Numbered from the stretch's first letter, positions 28,953 through 38,544 are shown. The stretch: DNA of 64,000 nucleotides from Nitrosarchaeum sp. (GCA_965223865.1 OZ245020.1:1024001-1088000); one strand, 5' to 3'. Program-made: numbers and translations. The notes: generated by a model from the sequence alone, not told the origin.

Positions 28953-28970
28953 TTAGAATTGTTTATGAAT
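28953..28970 (+). promoter_or_regulatory. Variant AGAAGAACTTATGAA motif
   Basis: TTAGAATTGTTTATGAAT, 29 nt before ATG 28992. Confidence 0.5.
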
Positions 28971-28991
28971 CTCTTGTCTAACTCTCTTGTT

Positions 28992-29792
28992 ATGCAATTT
29001 TTTGCAATTTTATTAGTGCTTGCGAGCCTTGGGTTTTCATTATTTTTCTTGTCTTCTTATCAAGAATCTCATGCAATACTTGTATCAATAGTAAAAGAAC
29101 CAACTCCTGGCGAAATCAAACTTGCCGAAGAGGGATATTTTGCAGAATCTTACTCTCTTATGCCATTTGGCAACAAGCATTTTTTCTACAAATCTGAACC
29201 GATGCCCAACATTGGAGAAATATCAATGTCAAGATGTATGTTTTCTGCAACATTTCTTCCTAAAGACGGGCAACCTGTACACATGACTATGAAGTTTCCA
29301 CATGACCTAATATGGCCCGGCATGTATGACAATAGTACTTTCTTTTCAATCAAGGATCGATTTGCCTCATTTACTGATGAGTCAGGAAATACCGTCATCA
29401 ATGAAAGAATTCCTCCAAAATACGAAAAGGTAGCTCCAGTAAGGGATTCAGAGTTTACAACAATTGATTTTGATCTTAGGGGTGAGGTCAGTCATGTACT
29501 GATTAACATGACTACATATCCTGCCACTTTGGGGCCAGTAGATTTTAACAAAATATGTCCTACTATACTGCCCCCAATGAGTTCAGACTATTATGATACC
29601 ATTTCATCAAAAAATGCCCAGAAAATGATTGCCGGACGATGGGGGTTTCCACCAGATACATACATCTGTCCAAACAACAAGATTGGTGCAATAAAGGCAA
29701 CAGATAATTCTGAAGTGTGTGTAAAACCAGAGTCAAAAATCAAGCTAGTAGATAGGGATTGGGCAAAGGACTATTCTGATTATAAAAACTAA
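28992..29792 (+). CDS. Secreted protein with C-terminal Cys module
   Basis: KFPHDLIWPGMYDNSTFF shared with 25639; VCVKPESKIKLVDRDW. Confidence 0.8.
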   Translation: MQFFAILLVLASLGFSLFFLSSYQESHAILVSIVKEPTPGEIKLAEEGYFAESYSLMPFGNKHFFYKSEPMPNIGEISMSRCMFSATFLPKDGQPVHMTMKFPHDLIWPGMYDNSTFFSIKDRFASFTDESGNTVINERIPPKYEKVAPVRDSEFTTIDFDLRGEVSHVLINMTTYPATLGPVDFNKICPTILPPMSSDYYDTISSKNAQKMIAGRWGFPPDTYICPNNKIGAIKATDNSEVCVKPESKIKLVDRDWAKDYSDYKN

Positions 29793-29960
29793 GTTCTTGA
29801 TAATTTCAAGTATTATTTTGATTGGTGTTATTTGCATGGAGAAATAGTTAGGTGATTGATTAAGGTCCACATGGAAAAGGATTTGTTTGTAGCAGAATAT
29901 ATGTTTCTGCAGACTTGATTTGGAAGAAAACCTAAAACTATCTCACAAATAACTTGTAGC

Positions 29961-30347
29961 ATGAACAAAGTAGTTCACTTTGAGATTCCATATGACGACC
30001 AAGCAAGAGCACAAAAGTTCTATCAAGACGTTTTTGGCTGGCAGATAACAAAATTTCCAGAGATGGATTACCACATGGTAACCACAACTGACTCAGATCC
30101 AAAAACCATGAGACCAAAAGAACCTGGTGCAATCAATGGGGGTTTGTTGCCAAAAGATCCTACAGGAAATAATCCAGTGATTGTAATTGATGTTCCATCA
30201 GTAGATGAACATATCAAGAAAATAGAATCTGCCGGAGGCAAGACTGTTATGCCAAAGTTGGAGGTAGGTGATTTTGGGCTGTACGCCAGAGTCTCAGATA
30301 CCGAAGGTAATGTTATTGGCATCTGGCAAACACTCAAGCAATGCTAA
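29961..30347 (+). CDS. VOC / glyoxalase-bleomycin resistance family protein
   Basis: VVHFEIPYDD..AQKFY..VFGW; DTEGNVIGIWQ. Confidence 0.9.
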   Translation: MNKVVHFEIPYDDQARAQKFYQDVFGWQITKFPEMDYHMVTTTDSDPKTMRPKEPGAINGGLLPKDPTGNNPVIVIDVPSVDEHIKKIESAGGKTVMPKLEVGDFGLYARVSDTEGNVIGIWQTLKQC

Positions 30348-30358
30348 CTCATAATTTT

Positions 30359-30661
30359 TTATTTTTTTAAACTGAGATTTTTTAGTTTTTGTAAACTACC
30401 ATGTCTATTTATTATTAGATGAATCATCATACCAAGACCTATTACAAATAATGTGCTGCTTATTATTTGACCAACAAAGGGTACAAGACAATCAGGATTT
30501 GACAGTATTGCCCTTGAATCAAACCCTAAAGTAACAAAAACAAACAATGCCATTCCTGTAAATCTTTTACATTCAGGTATTGTAGAATCTAAAAATAAAA
30601 CTCCATCGATACCAAAAATCATCAAGAACGTTCCAATAATTAGCAAAATTCTAGTCTTCAT
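30359..30661 (-). CDS. Small membrane protein
   Basis: MKTRILLII; starts in junction motif. Confidence 0.75.
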   Translation of the reverse strand: MKTRILLIIGTFLMIFGIDGVLFLDSTIPECKRFTGMALFVFVTLGFDSRAILSNPDCLVPFVGQIISSTLFVIGLGMMIHLIINRHGSLQKLKNLSLKK

Positions 30662-30664
30662 TTT

Positions 30665-31315
30665 CTATCCCGGTATTGGCGCCCATCCTCGTGTGATTAA
30701 TTCATGCCTTGAATCAATCTTGATGCATACCAATTTGGAAAAATCATGTTTTACAATCGATGATAATTCTGGATTCTTACATCTTCCATTTGCATCAACT
30801 GCCTTGCTATACTCTGAAACTACCCAATATCCACCTCCACTCGAACCGCTTCCTTTTTCTTTTCCAAGCGAATGATCAAAATAATGATACTGATATCTTC
30901 CAGGCTTGTCAAAAGAAACGGTAAAGTTTACAAGCATTGGCAAATCTGATTGTTCTGTATCTATATCGGTAGAGTTTCTCAGAGATAAAACCTGTCTAGT
31001 ATCCTCAAATCCTGTAAATGTTCTATTGTATTCTGGAGTCATGTGGTTGGGAATTTTGTCTAACAAGTAAAACCCATATCCTACCCTTACCTGAGACTCT
31101 TGGTTTCTAGATTGATCATCCAGTACTATTTGTAGGCGGTACTCTTTTCCAACAAGTGGAAAAATAATTTGATTTGATTCAAATCCGTCATCTGTAAAAA
31201 GACCACTTTGGGGAACATATTTTCTTTTTTCTAGTTCCTCATGATATGCAAATGACTCGTTTATAAAAAACACTGTAACCAAAACAAGAAAAATCACGAG
31301 ATATTTCATACGCAT
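30665..31315 (-). CDS. Secreted protein with C-terminal Cys module
   Basis: MRMKYLVIF signal; C..VKHDFSKLVCI..TRGW. Confidence 0.8.
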   Translation of the reverse strand: MRMKYLVIFLVLVTVFFINESFAYHEELEKRKYVPQSGLFTDDGFESNQIIFPLVGKEYRLQIVLDDQSRNQESQVRVGYGFYLLDKIPNHMTPEYNRTFTGFEDTRQVLSLRNSTDIDTEQSDLPMLVNFTVSFDKPGRYQYHYFDHSLGKEKGSGSSGGGYWVVSEYSKAVDANGRCKNPELSSIVKHDFSKLVCIKIDSRHELITRGWAPIPG

Positions 31316-31562
31316 TTTCAAAATCGAATGGTCATAAATTCTTCTAATCATTTAATCTTCGCAGCAGTTTTAGACTAACCTTTACGGGTTACTTTGCAGG
31401 GGAGTTAACTGGAACTTCTCTATTATACCACATGCATGTCGTGCTGTGATTATAGGAGTAGGCCTTTTTTCTTCACCAACGTTACAGTTTCTTGTTCAAA
31501 ATTAACTGAATCTAGTTGTTTATTCGTAAATTTTTTAGGCTTACACATTAAACAAATCATGA

Positions 31563-32159
31563 ATGTCCTCTCAGCCATTAAGGGCAAGACGTAATACGTG
31601 GTACCTTTTGCCAATCTTCTTTCATATCATAGGAGGAGCAATTGCATTTTTTGCAATAAGACATGATGACCCAAAAAAGGCAAGAAGATGCCTTGTTTTG
31701 GGAGCGATACTTTTTGCCATTAACATTGTAATTGGTCTTTCTGTTGGAATGTCATTGTCTAGTCCAGACAACCTGTTTGGGCAAATGACTGATGAGAGTC
31801 AGATTGAAATGAAATTCCAAACCGATTCTGTTGAGATTCACCTAAACGACAAGGCACAATTTCTGGCAGTAAAATGGGACCCAATAATAATTCCAGCTGA
31901 GAATGTGGTTACGGTTCATGACCAGATACCCAAGCAATCTGTAAAGGATCTCAGAATTCCAGGCACATATGTTCCAAATGTTGTAAAGGCAGGAACTTAT
32001 GTCACTAAAGATGCCAGTAAGGAATTTTGGTTTACAAAAAATGGCAAAGACAGAATCATTACAATCGAGCTTGAAAACCACGAATATAACCGCATAGTAC
32101 TAGAATCTCATAAAAGTAATGAATGGGCTGACAGTATGAATTTGCTCATATCAAAATAA
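31563..32159 (+). CDS. Membrane protein with soluble C-terminal domain
   Basis: WYLLPIFFHIIGG TM pair; LRIPGTYVP domain. Confidence 0.8.
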   Translation: MSSQPLRARRNTWYLLPIFFHIIGGAIAFFAIRHDDPKKARRCLVLGAILFAINIVIGLSVGMSLSSPDNLFGQMTDESQIEMKFQTDSVEIHLNDKAQFLAVKWDPIIIPAENVVTVHDQIPKQSVKDLRIPGTYVPNVVKAGTYVTKDASKEFWFTKNGKDRIITIELENHEYNRIVLESHKSNEWADSMNLLISK

Positions 32160-32211
32160 AGAAATTGTAAAAATTTGTTATCAGTGTTGATGTTTTGAGA
32201 TTTGCCCTATG

Positions 32212-32280
32212 CTGATGGTAGAACTTTTGTGTTCTTTCCTGGCCATCAAATTGAATACAAAAGTGAACTACGTTATTCAT
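32212..32280 (-). pseudogene. Decayed 5' fragment of a VOC-family gene
   Basis: MNNVVHFCIQFDGQERTQKFYHQ vs MNKVVHFEIPYDDQARAQKFYQD (29961). Confidence 0.75.
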
Positions 32281-32452
32281 GTTACAGGTGATTTGCGATA
32301 TTGTTTTTAGATCTTCTTCTAAAATTATTAGTTTGCAGAATCTCGAAAAATCTAACAAAAAATTAAATATTTTCCACGTGGGACTTAAAACTAATCCAAT
32401 AAATGATTTTTAGTATAACAATCATAATTAATCATCACAGTTTCATCATTTT

Positions 32453-32662
32453 GTGACTAGAAAAGCTCAATTCAATAAGAAAATCTTGATAATGATAATT
32501 TTAGCAGGAATTGGACTTGTAATTCAAATGATTCTTTCTTCAATGTACCCTGCATCTGAGTATAGTTTTACGTTTGGTGTTGCACTTGCTATTTTTGGAG
32601 TAATTATTGCAATAATGATTGCAATGTATAACAAAGTTAGAAAAGAAATTCCTAGAGAGTAA
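32453..32662 (+). CDS. Small two-TM protein
   Basis: 69 aa, two hydrophobic helices. Confidence 0.65.
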   Translation: MTRKAQFNKKILIMIILAGIGLVIQMILSSMYPASEYSFTFGVALAIFGVIIAIMIAMYNKVRKEIPRE

Positions 32663-32835
32663 AAATGCAATTAAAATTCATTCTGATGATATTGGGGGCT
32701 ATTGGTGCAGCATTACTAGAATTTGTAATTTTACTTGGATTCATTCCTACTCCTAATTTCTAAAAATGGTTCAATCCTTTATGGATTCAAACATTTAGTA
32801 GAACACTTTATCATATAGCCTACAAAATGTTCGGT

Positions 32836-33492
32836 ATGAGGTTAGGAGTCATCGTAATTCTGTCGTCTGCAATGATGTTGATTCCAGTAACTGTTTTTGA
32901 CGCGTATGCAAAATGCTTGCATGATGAGGAGTGTTATGGTGCTCCAGCATTTTTCCCACTGAAATACCAACTTGAGTTTTACATCCTCCCAAACATCGTA
33001 TGTCCCAACCAAGATCATGTTTTGGCTGAAAGACCAAACGGAAAATTGGCATGTGTTACAAATAGTACTGCAGAAAAAACTGGATGGCTAATTCATTACA
33101 GGAACGTAGTTGATACCAAAGGTGTAGTTCCAATAAATTCTCCTGGAACAGTAAATCTAGTTCGTTTTGAAATTACAGGAGCCACACTTGATAAGATGAT
33201 ATATGAAAATCAGATGCTGATTACCTCAGTTACTCCTAATGAAGAATACGGAGTGTTGTCAGTTGAATTACCTACAGGTACATTTCCTGCAAACTTCAAG
33301 TATTGTGATCCTAGGATGGAAAACCCTCCAAACACACCATACATTATGATTGTTGATGGTACAGAACGCCCATTAGTTGAAGGTGTAAATTCCCGTTTTC
33401 AACCTGCTTTTAACATCCCACTTAATGAAAACTCTAGAACCATTGAAATTATTAGAACATGTATTGATCTTGAAGTAGAAAATAAAAACTAG
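32836..33492 (+). CDS. Secreted protein with N-terminal Cys module
   Basis: PLKYQ..C..PNGKLACVT..KTGW; start 32836 or 32827. Confidence 0.8.
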   Translation: MRLGVIVILSSAMMLIPVTVFDAYAKCLHDEECYGAPAFFPLKYQLEFYILPNIVCPNQDHVLAERPNGKLACVTNSTAEKTGWLIHYRNVVDTKGVVPINSPGTVNLVRFEITGATLDKMIYENQMLITSVTPNEEYGVLSVELPTGTFPANFKYCDPRMENPPNTPYIMIVDGTERPLVEGVNSRFQPAFNIPLNENSRTIEIIRTCIDLEVENKN

Positions 33493-33538
33493 AATTCAGA
33501 AAAAAATGATATTATTTTCTAAGATTATCTAACTATAT

Positions 33539-33904
33539 TCATTTGACCATGTTCAATATTATTGGTACAATTTTTAAATAATCTAGTGTTGATTGCATTA
33601 CAACATAAAGCACATCTTCGTTAATTGGTACGCTGATTTCAGTCATCTTTTGTCTTGTTGCCATTGCAAAATTGACTGGACCTAACTGTTTGTCAAACTC
33701 TTTTCTCATCCTCGCTCTCAACAAAAGTTCCATGTACAACCTTTCATCTTCTTGTGGAGTATCAAATGGTTCTGTGCCTTCTCTTAGTCCTCCTGCAGCA
33801 AGCCTTCCACGCTCATTAATGACGCCTGAAAACACTATTGCTTCATCAATTTTCTTGATTTTATCACATATTGCAAAATAATCATAGATTTTTCTTTGCA
33901 TCAA
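33539..33904 (-). CDS. DUF6659-like (roadblock/sensor-like) protein
   Basis: FSGVINERGRLAAGG..RKEFDKQLGPV. Confidence 0.75.
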   Translation of the reverse strand: MMQRKIYDYFAICDKIKKIDEAIVFSGVINERGRLAAGGLREGTEPFDTPQEDERLYMELLLRARMRKEFDKQLGPVNFAMATRQKMTEISVPINEDVLYVVMQSTLDYLKIVPIILNMVK

Positions 33905-33915
33905 ATTTCATCGTA

Positions 33916-34452
33916 TCATCTTACAGTAACCTGTCCTATTCTCCAGGGATGAAGTGAACAATAGTAGTGATATGTACCTTCTTCATCAAAATTATATGCA
34001 AATCTCTCACCTGTCTTGAGTGGAGCGCTATTGAACATGCCAATTATGTTTCCTTGCTCATCTATGCTTTGAACTGTGTGAAGCACCGCATCATCATTTA
34101 CCCAGACAACTGTAGTTCCTTTATCCACTTCCAGATTCAAAGGAATGTAGAATCCAGTGTGTTCAATGTTGGCATTTCCATTAGGGATTATGATATTGGA
34201 AGTAGTTGATTTTTTAGATGACTCTTGTTTTGCAGTATCTTTTGTTTCTATTACAATAACATTGTTTTCTATTAGAAACTTTATTGCATTAAGAAATTCT
34301 GTTTCTGAAATGTTTCCTTGTCCATACCATAATGCGGTATTCTTAATCCATTCGGGAATGCTTTGGGCTGAAACAGTTGGGATGATCACAGTTACAGCAA
34401 TTAGAATTGCACATAATCCAGTAACTACAAGTTTTAATTTTTTGTTAATCAT
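33916..34452 (-). CDS. Secreted cupredoxin (plastocyanin/azurin-like)
   Basis: IPEWIKNTALW domain; WVNDDAVLHTV; YYCSLHPW. Confidence 0.85.
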   Translation of the reverse strand: MINKKLKLVVTGLCAILIAVTVIIPTVSAQSIPEWIKNTALWYGQGNISETEFLNAIKFLIENNVIVIETKDTAKQESSKKSTTSNIIIPNGNANIEHTGFYIPLNLEVDKGTTVVWVNDDAVLHTVQSIDEQGNIIGMFNSAPLKTGERFAYNFDEEGTYHYYCSLHPWRIGQVTVR

Positions 34453-34909
34453 GATTCCACTCATTTGAATCCGAGTTGTCATGTCTGATTTGTCTAATTG
34501 ATTCGTTTTGGGAATTCTCATATAGTTCTCCTAGCGTAATTGAAATCCTAAATGCCAGTCTGTCAATATTTACGTGTGGTTCGGCTACGATCATCAACAC
34601 GTTCTCAAAAATAGGAAAGCTCATAATAACAACATGCCTTCTTCTGGATGCGGAATATTTTACCTGTCCCAGCTCATCATCAAATTTTTTTCGCTTCTCA
34701 ACACGTGATGCTAATTCCTGGCATACTGATCTGTGCTGCTCCTCAGACAGTCTTGGAACCAAATCGTCCTTGTATCCACCTGCAAGAACCGCTCCAGAAG
34801 AATCAAGATAGCCTGCAAATCTAATTTCAACATCTTTTACTAGTTCAGAGCAAATCCTTTCAAACTCTTTTTCTGTTTGAATCATCTCGTCAAGAGATTT
34901 CACAAGCAT
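34445..34909 (-). CDS. DUF6659-like protein (paralog of 33539-33904)
   Basis: IRFAGYLDSSG..AGG..RKKFDDELGQV. Confidence 0.75.
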   Translation of the reverse strand: MLVKSLDEMIQTEKEFERICSELVKDVEIRFAGYLDSSGAVLAGGYKDDLVPRLSEEQHRSVCQELASRVEKRKKFDDELGQVKYSASRRRHVVIMSFPIFENVLMIVAEPHVNIDRLAFRISITLGELYENSQNESIRQIRHDNSDSNEWNHD

Positions 34910-34987
34910 CTAAACTTTCTCAGAAATAAAGATAATAACTTTGTTGATATTAATAATGTTAATAATCTTAAGAAATAATACTGTATT

Positions 34988-35710
34988 ATGCAGTCAAAGC
35001 TTCGAGTCCACATAGCTGCAGTCGATCATCATATCGAAAGAATTGTAGAACCGATGATACGGCTCCGTGCAGACAAGGCATATCTGTTAGCATTTGGTGA
35101 AAATGATTCAGCAACAGAGTTTCTCAAAAAAACCAAAACCATACTAAAAAAGAACCACATAACCATCCAAGTTGAATATGTAGACCTTTGGGATCTGATG
35201 GCATGTGTTGGCAAGGCCCGAGACATAATTCACGATGAGAAAGAAAATCAGGTTTTCTTCAACGTTTCTGCAGGAACAAAGATCTGCGCAATATCATTTA
35301 TGCTTGCATGCATGCTTTGGGATTGCGAGCCCTATTATGCCAAGACAGAATACAATGAAATAAAAATTTCAAAAAAGATCATTCCAGAGAAAATCAACGA
35401 TGTCATTGCAATTCCCACCTACAAGATGATAACGCCAAAACCTGAATTTCTTCAGGTATTAAAAATTCTCAAAAACAATGATAATAAGATAAAGAAAAAA
35501 CATCTCATTGATCAACTAAAAAAACTAGAATTAATTTTCCCAATGGGTGGTGCATCTTTAAGTAAGCCTGCAGAGCACGGACAGCTAAGAACTATCTTAG
35601 AACCCATGATGAAGATGGGTTATGTGGATGTGGAAAACATTGGAAGAAACAGTTTTGTGTCTGTGACCAAACAAGGTGAGAACACCTTGGAAATATTTGG
35701 AGTGCCATAG
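34988..35710 (+). CDS. DUF6293 / HFX_2341-type regulator (CARF-like Rossmann + wHTH)
   Basis: RVHIA..RIVEP..ADKAYLL; NVSAGTKI; C-terminal wing VSVTKQG. Confidence 0.75.
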   Translation: MQSKLRVHIAAVDHHIERIVEPMIRLRADKAYLLAFGENDSATEFLKKTKTILKKNHITIQVEYVDLWDLMACVGKARDIIHDEKENQVFFNVSAGTKICAISFMLACMLWDCEPYYAKTEYNEIKISKKIIPEKINDVIAIPTYKMITPKPEFLQVLKILKNNDNKIKKKHLIDQLKKLELIFPMGGASLSKPAEHGQLRTILEPMMKMGYVDVENIGRNSFVSVTKQGENTLEIFGVP

Positions 35711-35860
35711 ATGTTTTAGAAATTTCAAAAATTCTAGTTAAGGTAAAATGATCTGACTCTAATTTAATCTCGTCATTAGCTGTATTGACTTTAATTTAAT
35801 TAACATTATTAATGCAATTATAGTTAATAATTTGATATTATATGTGAATCTAGGAACAGC

Positions 35861-36124
35861 ATGGCAAAATTGACTTGCAAGAATTTTGGATTTGAGTGTA
35901 ACTTTGAAATTGAAGAAAATGATGAATCAAAGTTGGTAGATACATTCTCAAACCATGTTTCACTTGAGCATAAGACATCATTGTCCAAAGAATCTCTCTT
36001 GAAGATGATTTCAGGCAACCAAGTACTCTGTCCATATTGCAATTCAGAATTTGCAAGCAAGGAACTTCTATCAAAGCACATTGACAAGATACATCACGGT
36101 TCAGGAATTCTGGAGGGATTATAG
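35861..36124 (+). CDS. DUF1059-like metal-binding protein with C2H2 finger
   Basis: LTCKNFGFEC..H..H; CPYC..HIDKIH. Confidence 0.8.
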   Translation: MAKLTCKNFGFECNFEIEENDESKLVDTFSNHVSLEHKTSLSKESLLKMISGNQVLCPYCNSEFASKELLSKHIDKIHHGSGILEGL

Positions 36125-36126
36125 CT

Positions 36127-36303
36127 ATGGCAAGGCTAGTTTGTAGTGACTATGGTTTTGAGTGTAATTTTGTTTCAGAGTCTGAAGAGATAGAAGATGT
36201 TCTAAAGGAATTTGCCAAGCATACGGAAAATGAACACGGGATAGACTATCCAAAGGAAGCTTTGATGCAATTTATTGTCAGACAAAATGGAGGATCAGTT
36301 TGA
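36127..36303 (+). CDS. DUF1059-like small protein
   Basis: MARLVCSDYGFECNF..HTENEHG (58 aa; translated by hand). Confidence 0.75.
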   Translation: MARLVCSDYGFECNFVSESEEIEDVLKEFAKHTENEHGIDYPKEALMQFIVRQNGGSV

Positions 36304-36306
36304 AGT

Positions 36307-36621
36307 ATGAAAAAACTCGAAGTTATAGTTAGACCTGAATTAAAAGACAAGACTGTTTCTGCAATCAAAAAAACGGGAGTTGGAGGAGTTACTGTTTATT
36401 CTGTGCAGGGTCTGGGTTCTGAAGACCCACCGTTAGTGGGCCAGTATTTCTCTAAAGACATGATCGTCTGCGTAGTTGATGATCGTAAGTTAGATGGTGT
36501 CCTTAATGCAATTGCAAACGTAGCGTGCACGGGTGAAAAAGGAGACGGCAAAGTCTTTGTAGTTCCTGTAGAGGATGCACTTGACATTTGTACAAAAAAA
36601 CGTGGGACAGACTCCATCTAA
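36307..36621 (+). CDS. P-II family signal transduction protein
   Basis: MKKLEVIVRPE; TGEKGDGKVFVVPVE. Confidence 0.9.
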   Translation: MKKLEVIVRPELKDKTVSAIKKTGVGGVTVYSVQGLGSEDPPLVGQYFSKDMIVCVVDDRKLDGVLNAIANVACTGEKGDGKVFVVPVEDALDICTKKRGTDSI

Positions 36622-36712
36622 TCAACAATGCAGAAGAACCAAGTAGCATCACTTTGAAAAAATTATTCATACAATAATAATATAAATTCAAAAAAGACAA
36701 ACAACTATTACA

Positions 36713-37024
36713 TTGAAAAATATTCTAGTCCCCTTTGATGGTTCTGGATACTCTGAAAAGACATTTGAAAAAGCATTAGAGATAGCATCAAAATTTGATT
36801 CAAAACTGACAGCGTTAACTGTATTGCATGCAAAATTAGAAGAATCTTCTGGCGTTTCCATTGAACGACTCGGAGAAATACAGGATGAGCAGATTGATGA
36901 GGCTACTGCAATGCTAAAGAATCTTGAAGAAAAGGCAAAATCCAAAAATATACAGTTGTCAATAAAAGTAACTCACAACCCATGCAAAGTAAACTGGTCT
37001 AACCAAAATTGCAAAAAAATGTAG
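36713..37024 (+). pseudogene. Truncated universal stress protein
   Basis: KNILVPFDGSGYS N-terminus but lacks the DLIVMG..GS C-terminal part; 103 aa. Confidence 0.65.
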
Positions 37025-37440
37025 CCAACATAATCCTGTGAATGTATTTGAGATTGCCTAGTATGGAATGCTACATTTTATTTAATGTGAGAATAAAATG
37101 ATGTTCAAATATGAGTAAAAAATTAGCTGGTTTCTTGGCAGGTGTTATAGTTTGTTATGCAGCAGCATTTGCAATTTTTTATCCAGGATGATAAAATGAC
37201 AGAAAATAAAACATGTCCTCACTTTTACACTCTTCACACTATTCATGCAAGTTTTGTGGTAGACCTCAATGTGATCGTTGCAGAAAAAAACATGAAGAAC
37301 AACATATCAAAAACAACGATAAAGAATTATCATATTCTCCAGAGAAGGATATGTGGTAGATATGACAAGTGAATTAGAAAGTTTCTTTGATGTGTTATCT
37401 TGGTTTCACACACCAAGAATATCCTGAATTATAGGTAATT

Positions 37441-37722
37441 CTAATTTAATTTGGGAATGTCATCTATTGACATTCCAGACGTAGGTTTTGTCTTGATTTT
37501 AGAACCAAATTTTGAATTTCCCATCTTGATTGAATATCCTATCAGCAAAAATAGTGCAATTGCAGGAATTATGAACCCAACTGCAACGGCAATGTATAAC
37601 ACATCTTTTGTCAATACATTTACAAGAAAATTATGGATTGGAGGAAAAATCACTATGATTAAACTAGTTAAAAGAGAAGAGAACATAAAAAGTCCAAAAA
37701 ATTGCCACTTGTGATTTTGCAT
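37441..37722 (-). CDS. Small membrane protein
   Basis: Two TM segments. Confidence 0.65.
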   Translation of the reverse strand: MQNHKWQFFGLFMFSSLLTSLIIVIFPPIHNFLVNVLTKDVLYIAVAVGFIIPAIALFLLIGYSIKMGNSKFGSKIKTKPTSGMSIDDIPKLN

Positions 37723-37812
37723 TTGTAATTGTTGGTTAGCGATAGAATTTATCTTTGATTAAAAATAGCGTAAACTGGGTTGGCAATTAAAGTAATTTAT
37801 TAATTGAACAAA

Positions 37813-38322
37813 TTACCTATGTGCATTCATCTGATCTCTTTTCTGTTTGAATGCCCAAAATATCGCTACAAAAACAGATACCATAACCGAGCTAAATACC
37901 ATGTTTGCTATACTAAACATTGCATAAAGCGAAGCTTCTGCAATGTTTTCACGAAGAATCAGTGAATTATTGCTGATTTCAACTAGTTTTACATGATATG
38001 AAGAACTATCTTGTTGAGTCCACGAAAGTGATTCTGCATTCAGAATCATTCTATCTAGATTCTCTTGCATACGGTTAAAATCAGCAGTCATTGTGGGATA
38101 GATAAAAACGGGGTTTCCCTTGTGCGGCAGATTTGTTTTTATCTCTTCAAGATTGGAATAGATCTCTTGAGGATCAGAGGAACTCATTACGATTCCTAAC
38201 TGTGTTCTACTTTTGTCAAGTGGGTAAATTGCACCAAAATAATAACCAGTAAACATATAGCCTGTAAAAGCAACAACTGCAAGCATTCCAACCATATATG
38301 GAACATATACCTTGTTTATCAT
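37813..38322 (-). CDS. Membrane protein (intact paralog of 23673-24175)
   Basis: SSSDPQE..GNPVFIYPT. Confidence 0.8.
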   Translation of the reverse strand: MINKVYVPYMVGMLAVVAFTGYMFTGYYFGAIYPLDKSRTQLGIVMSSSDPQEIYSNLEEIKTNLPHKGNPVFIYPTMTADFNRMQENLDRMILNAESLSWTQQDSSSYHVKLVEISNNSLILRENIAEASLYAMFSIANMVFSSVMVSVFVAIFWAFKQKRDQMNAHR

Positions 38323-38379
38323 CTGTTTTCAATTTTGTTTTGTTTATGTGCTTTATTTCTTTTTTTGAAACTTGGGCGA

Positions 38380-38544
38380 TTACAATCCAAAAATCTCTTC
38401 CATCTCTATTCTTGGATTCTTTTTTGGAATTTTTCTAATAGAATTTCCAATATTCAAATTTCTGTATTTTATCATGCATGCAATTGTAAATCCGATGATT
38501 CCCAACATCATTAGATCAATAGGCGTAGGTACAGGAAGATTCAT
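38380..38544 (-). CDS. Small membrane protein (54 aa)
   Basis: MNLPVPTPIDLMMLGIIGFTIACMIKY...; translated by hand. Confidence 0.4.
   Translation of the reverse strand: MNLPVPTPIDLMMLGIIGFTIACMIKYRNLNIGNSIRKIPKKNPRIEMEEIFGL

Noticed and set aside
2538-33492. Classical integron or diversity-generating retroelement
   Set aside because: No IntI or other tyrosine recombinase, no attC hairpins between genes (gaps are mostly 0-3 nt), no reverse transcriptase and no TR/VR pair seen.
34988-35710. Csa3 / CRISPR-associated call
   Set aside because: Only a CARF-like architecture is supported; there is no CRISPR-Cas context in the window.
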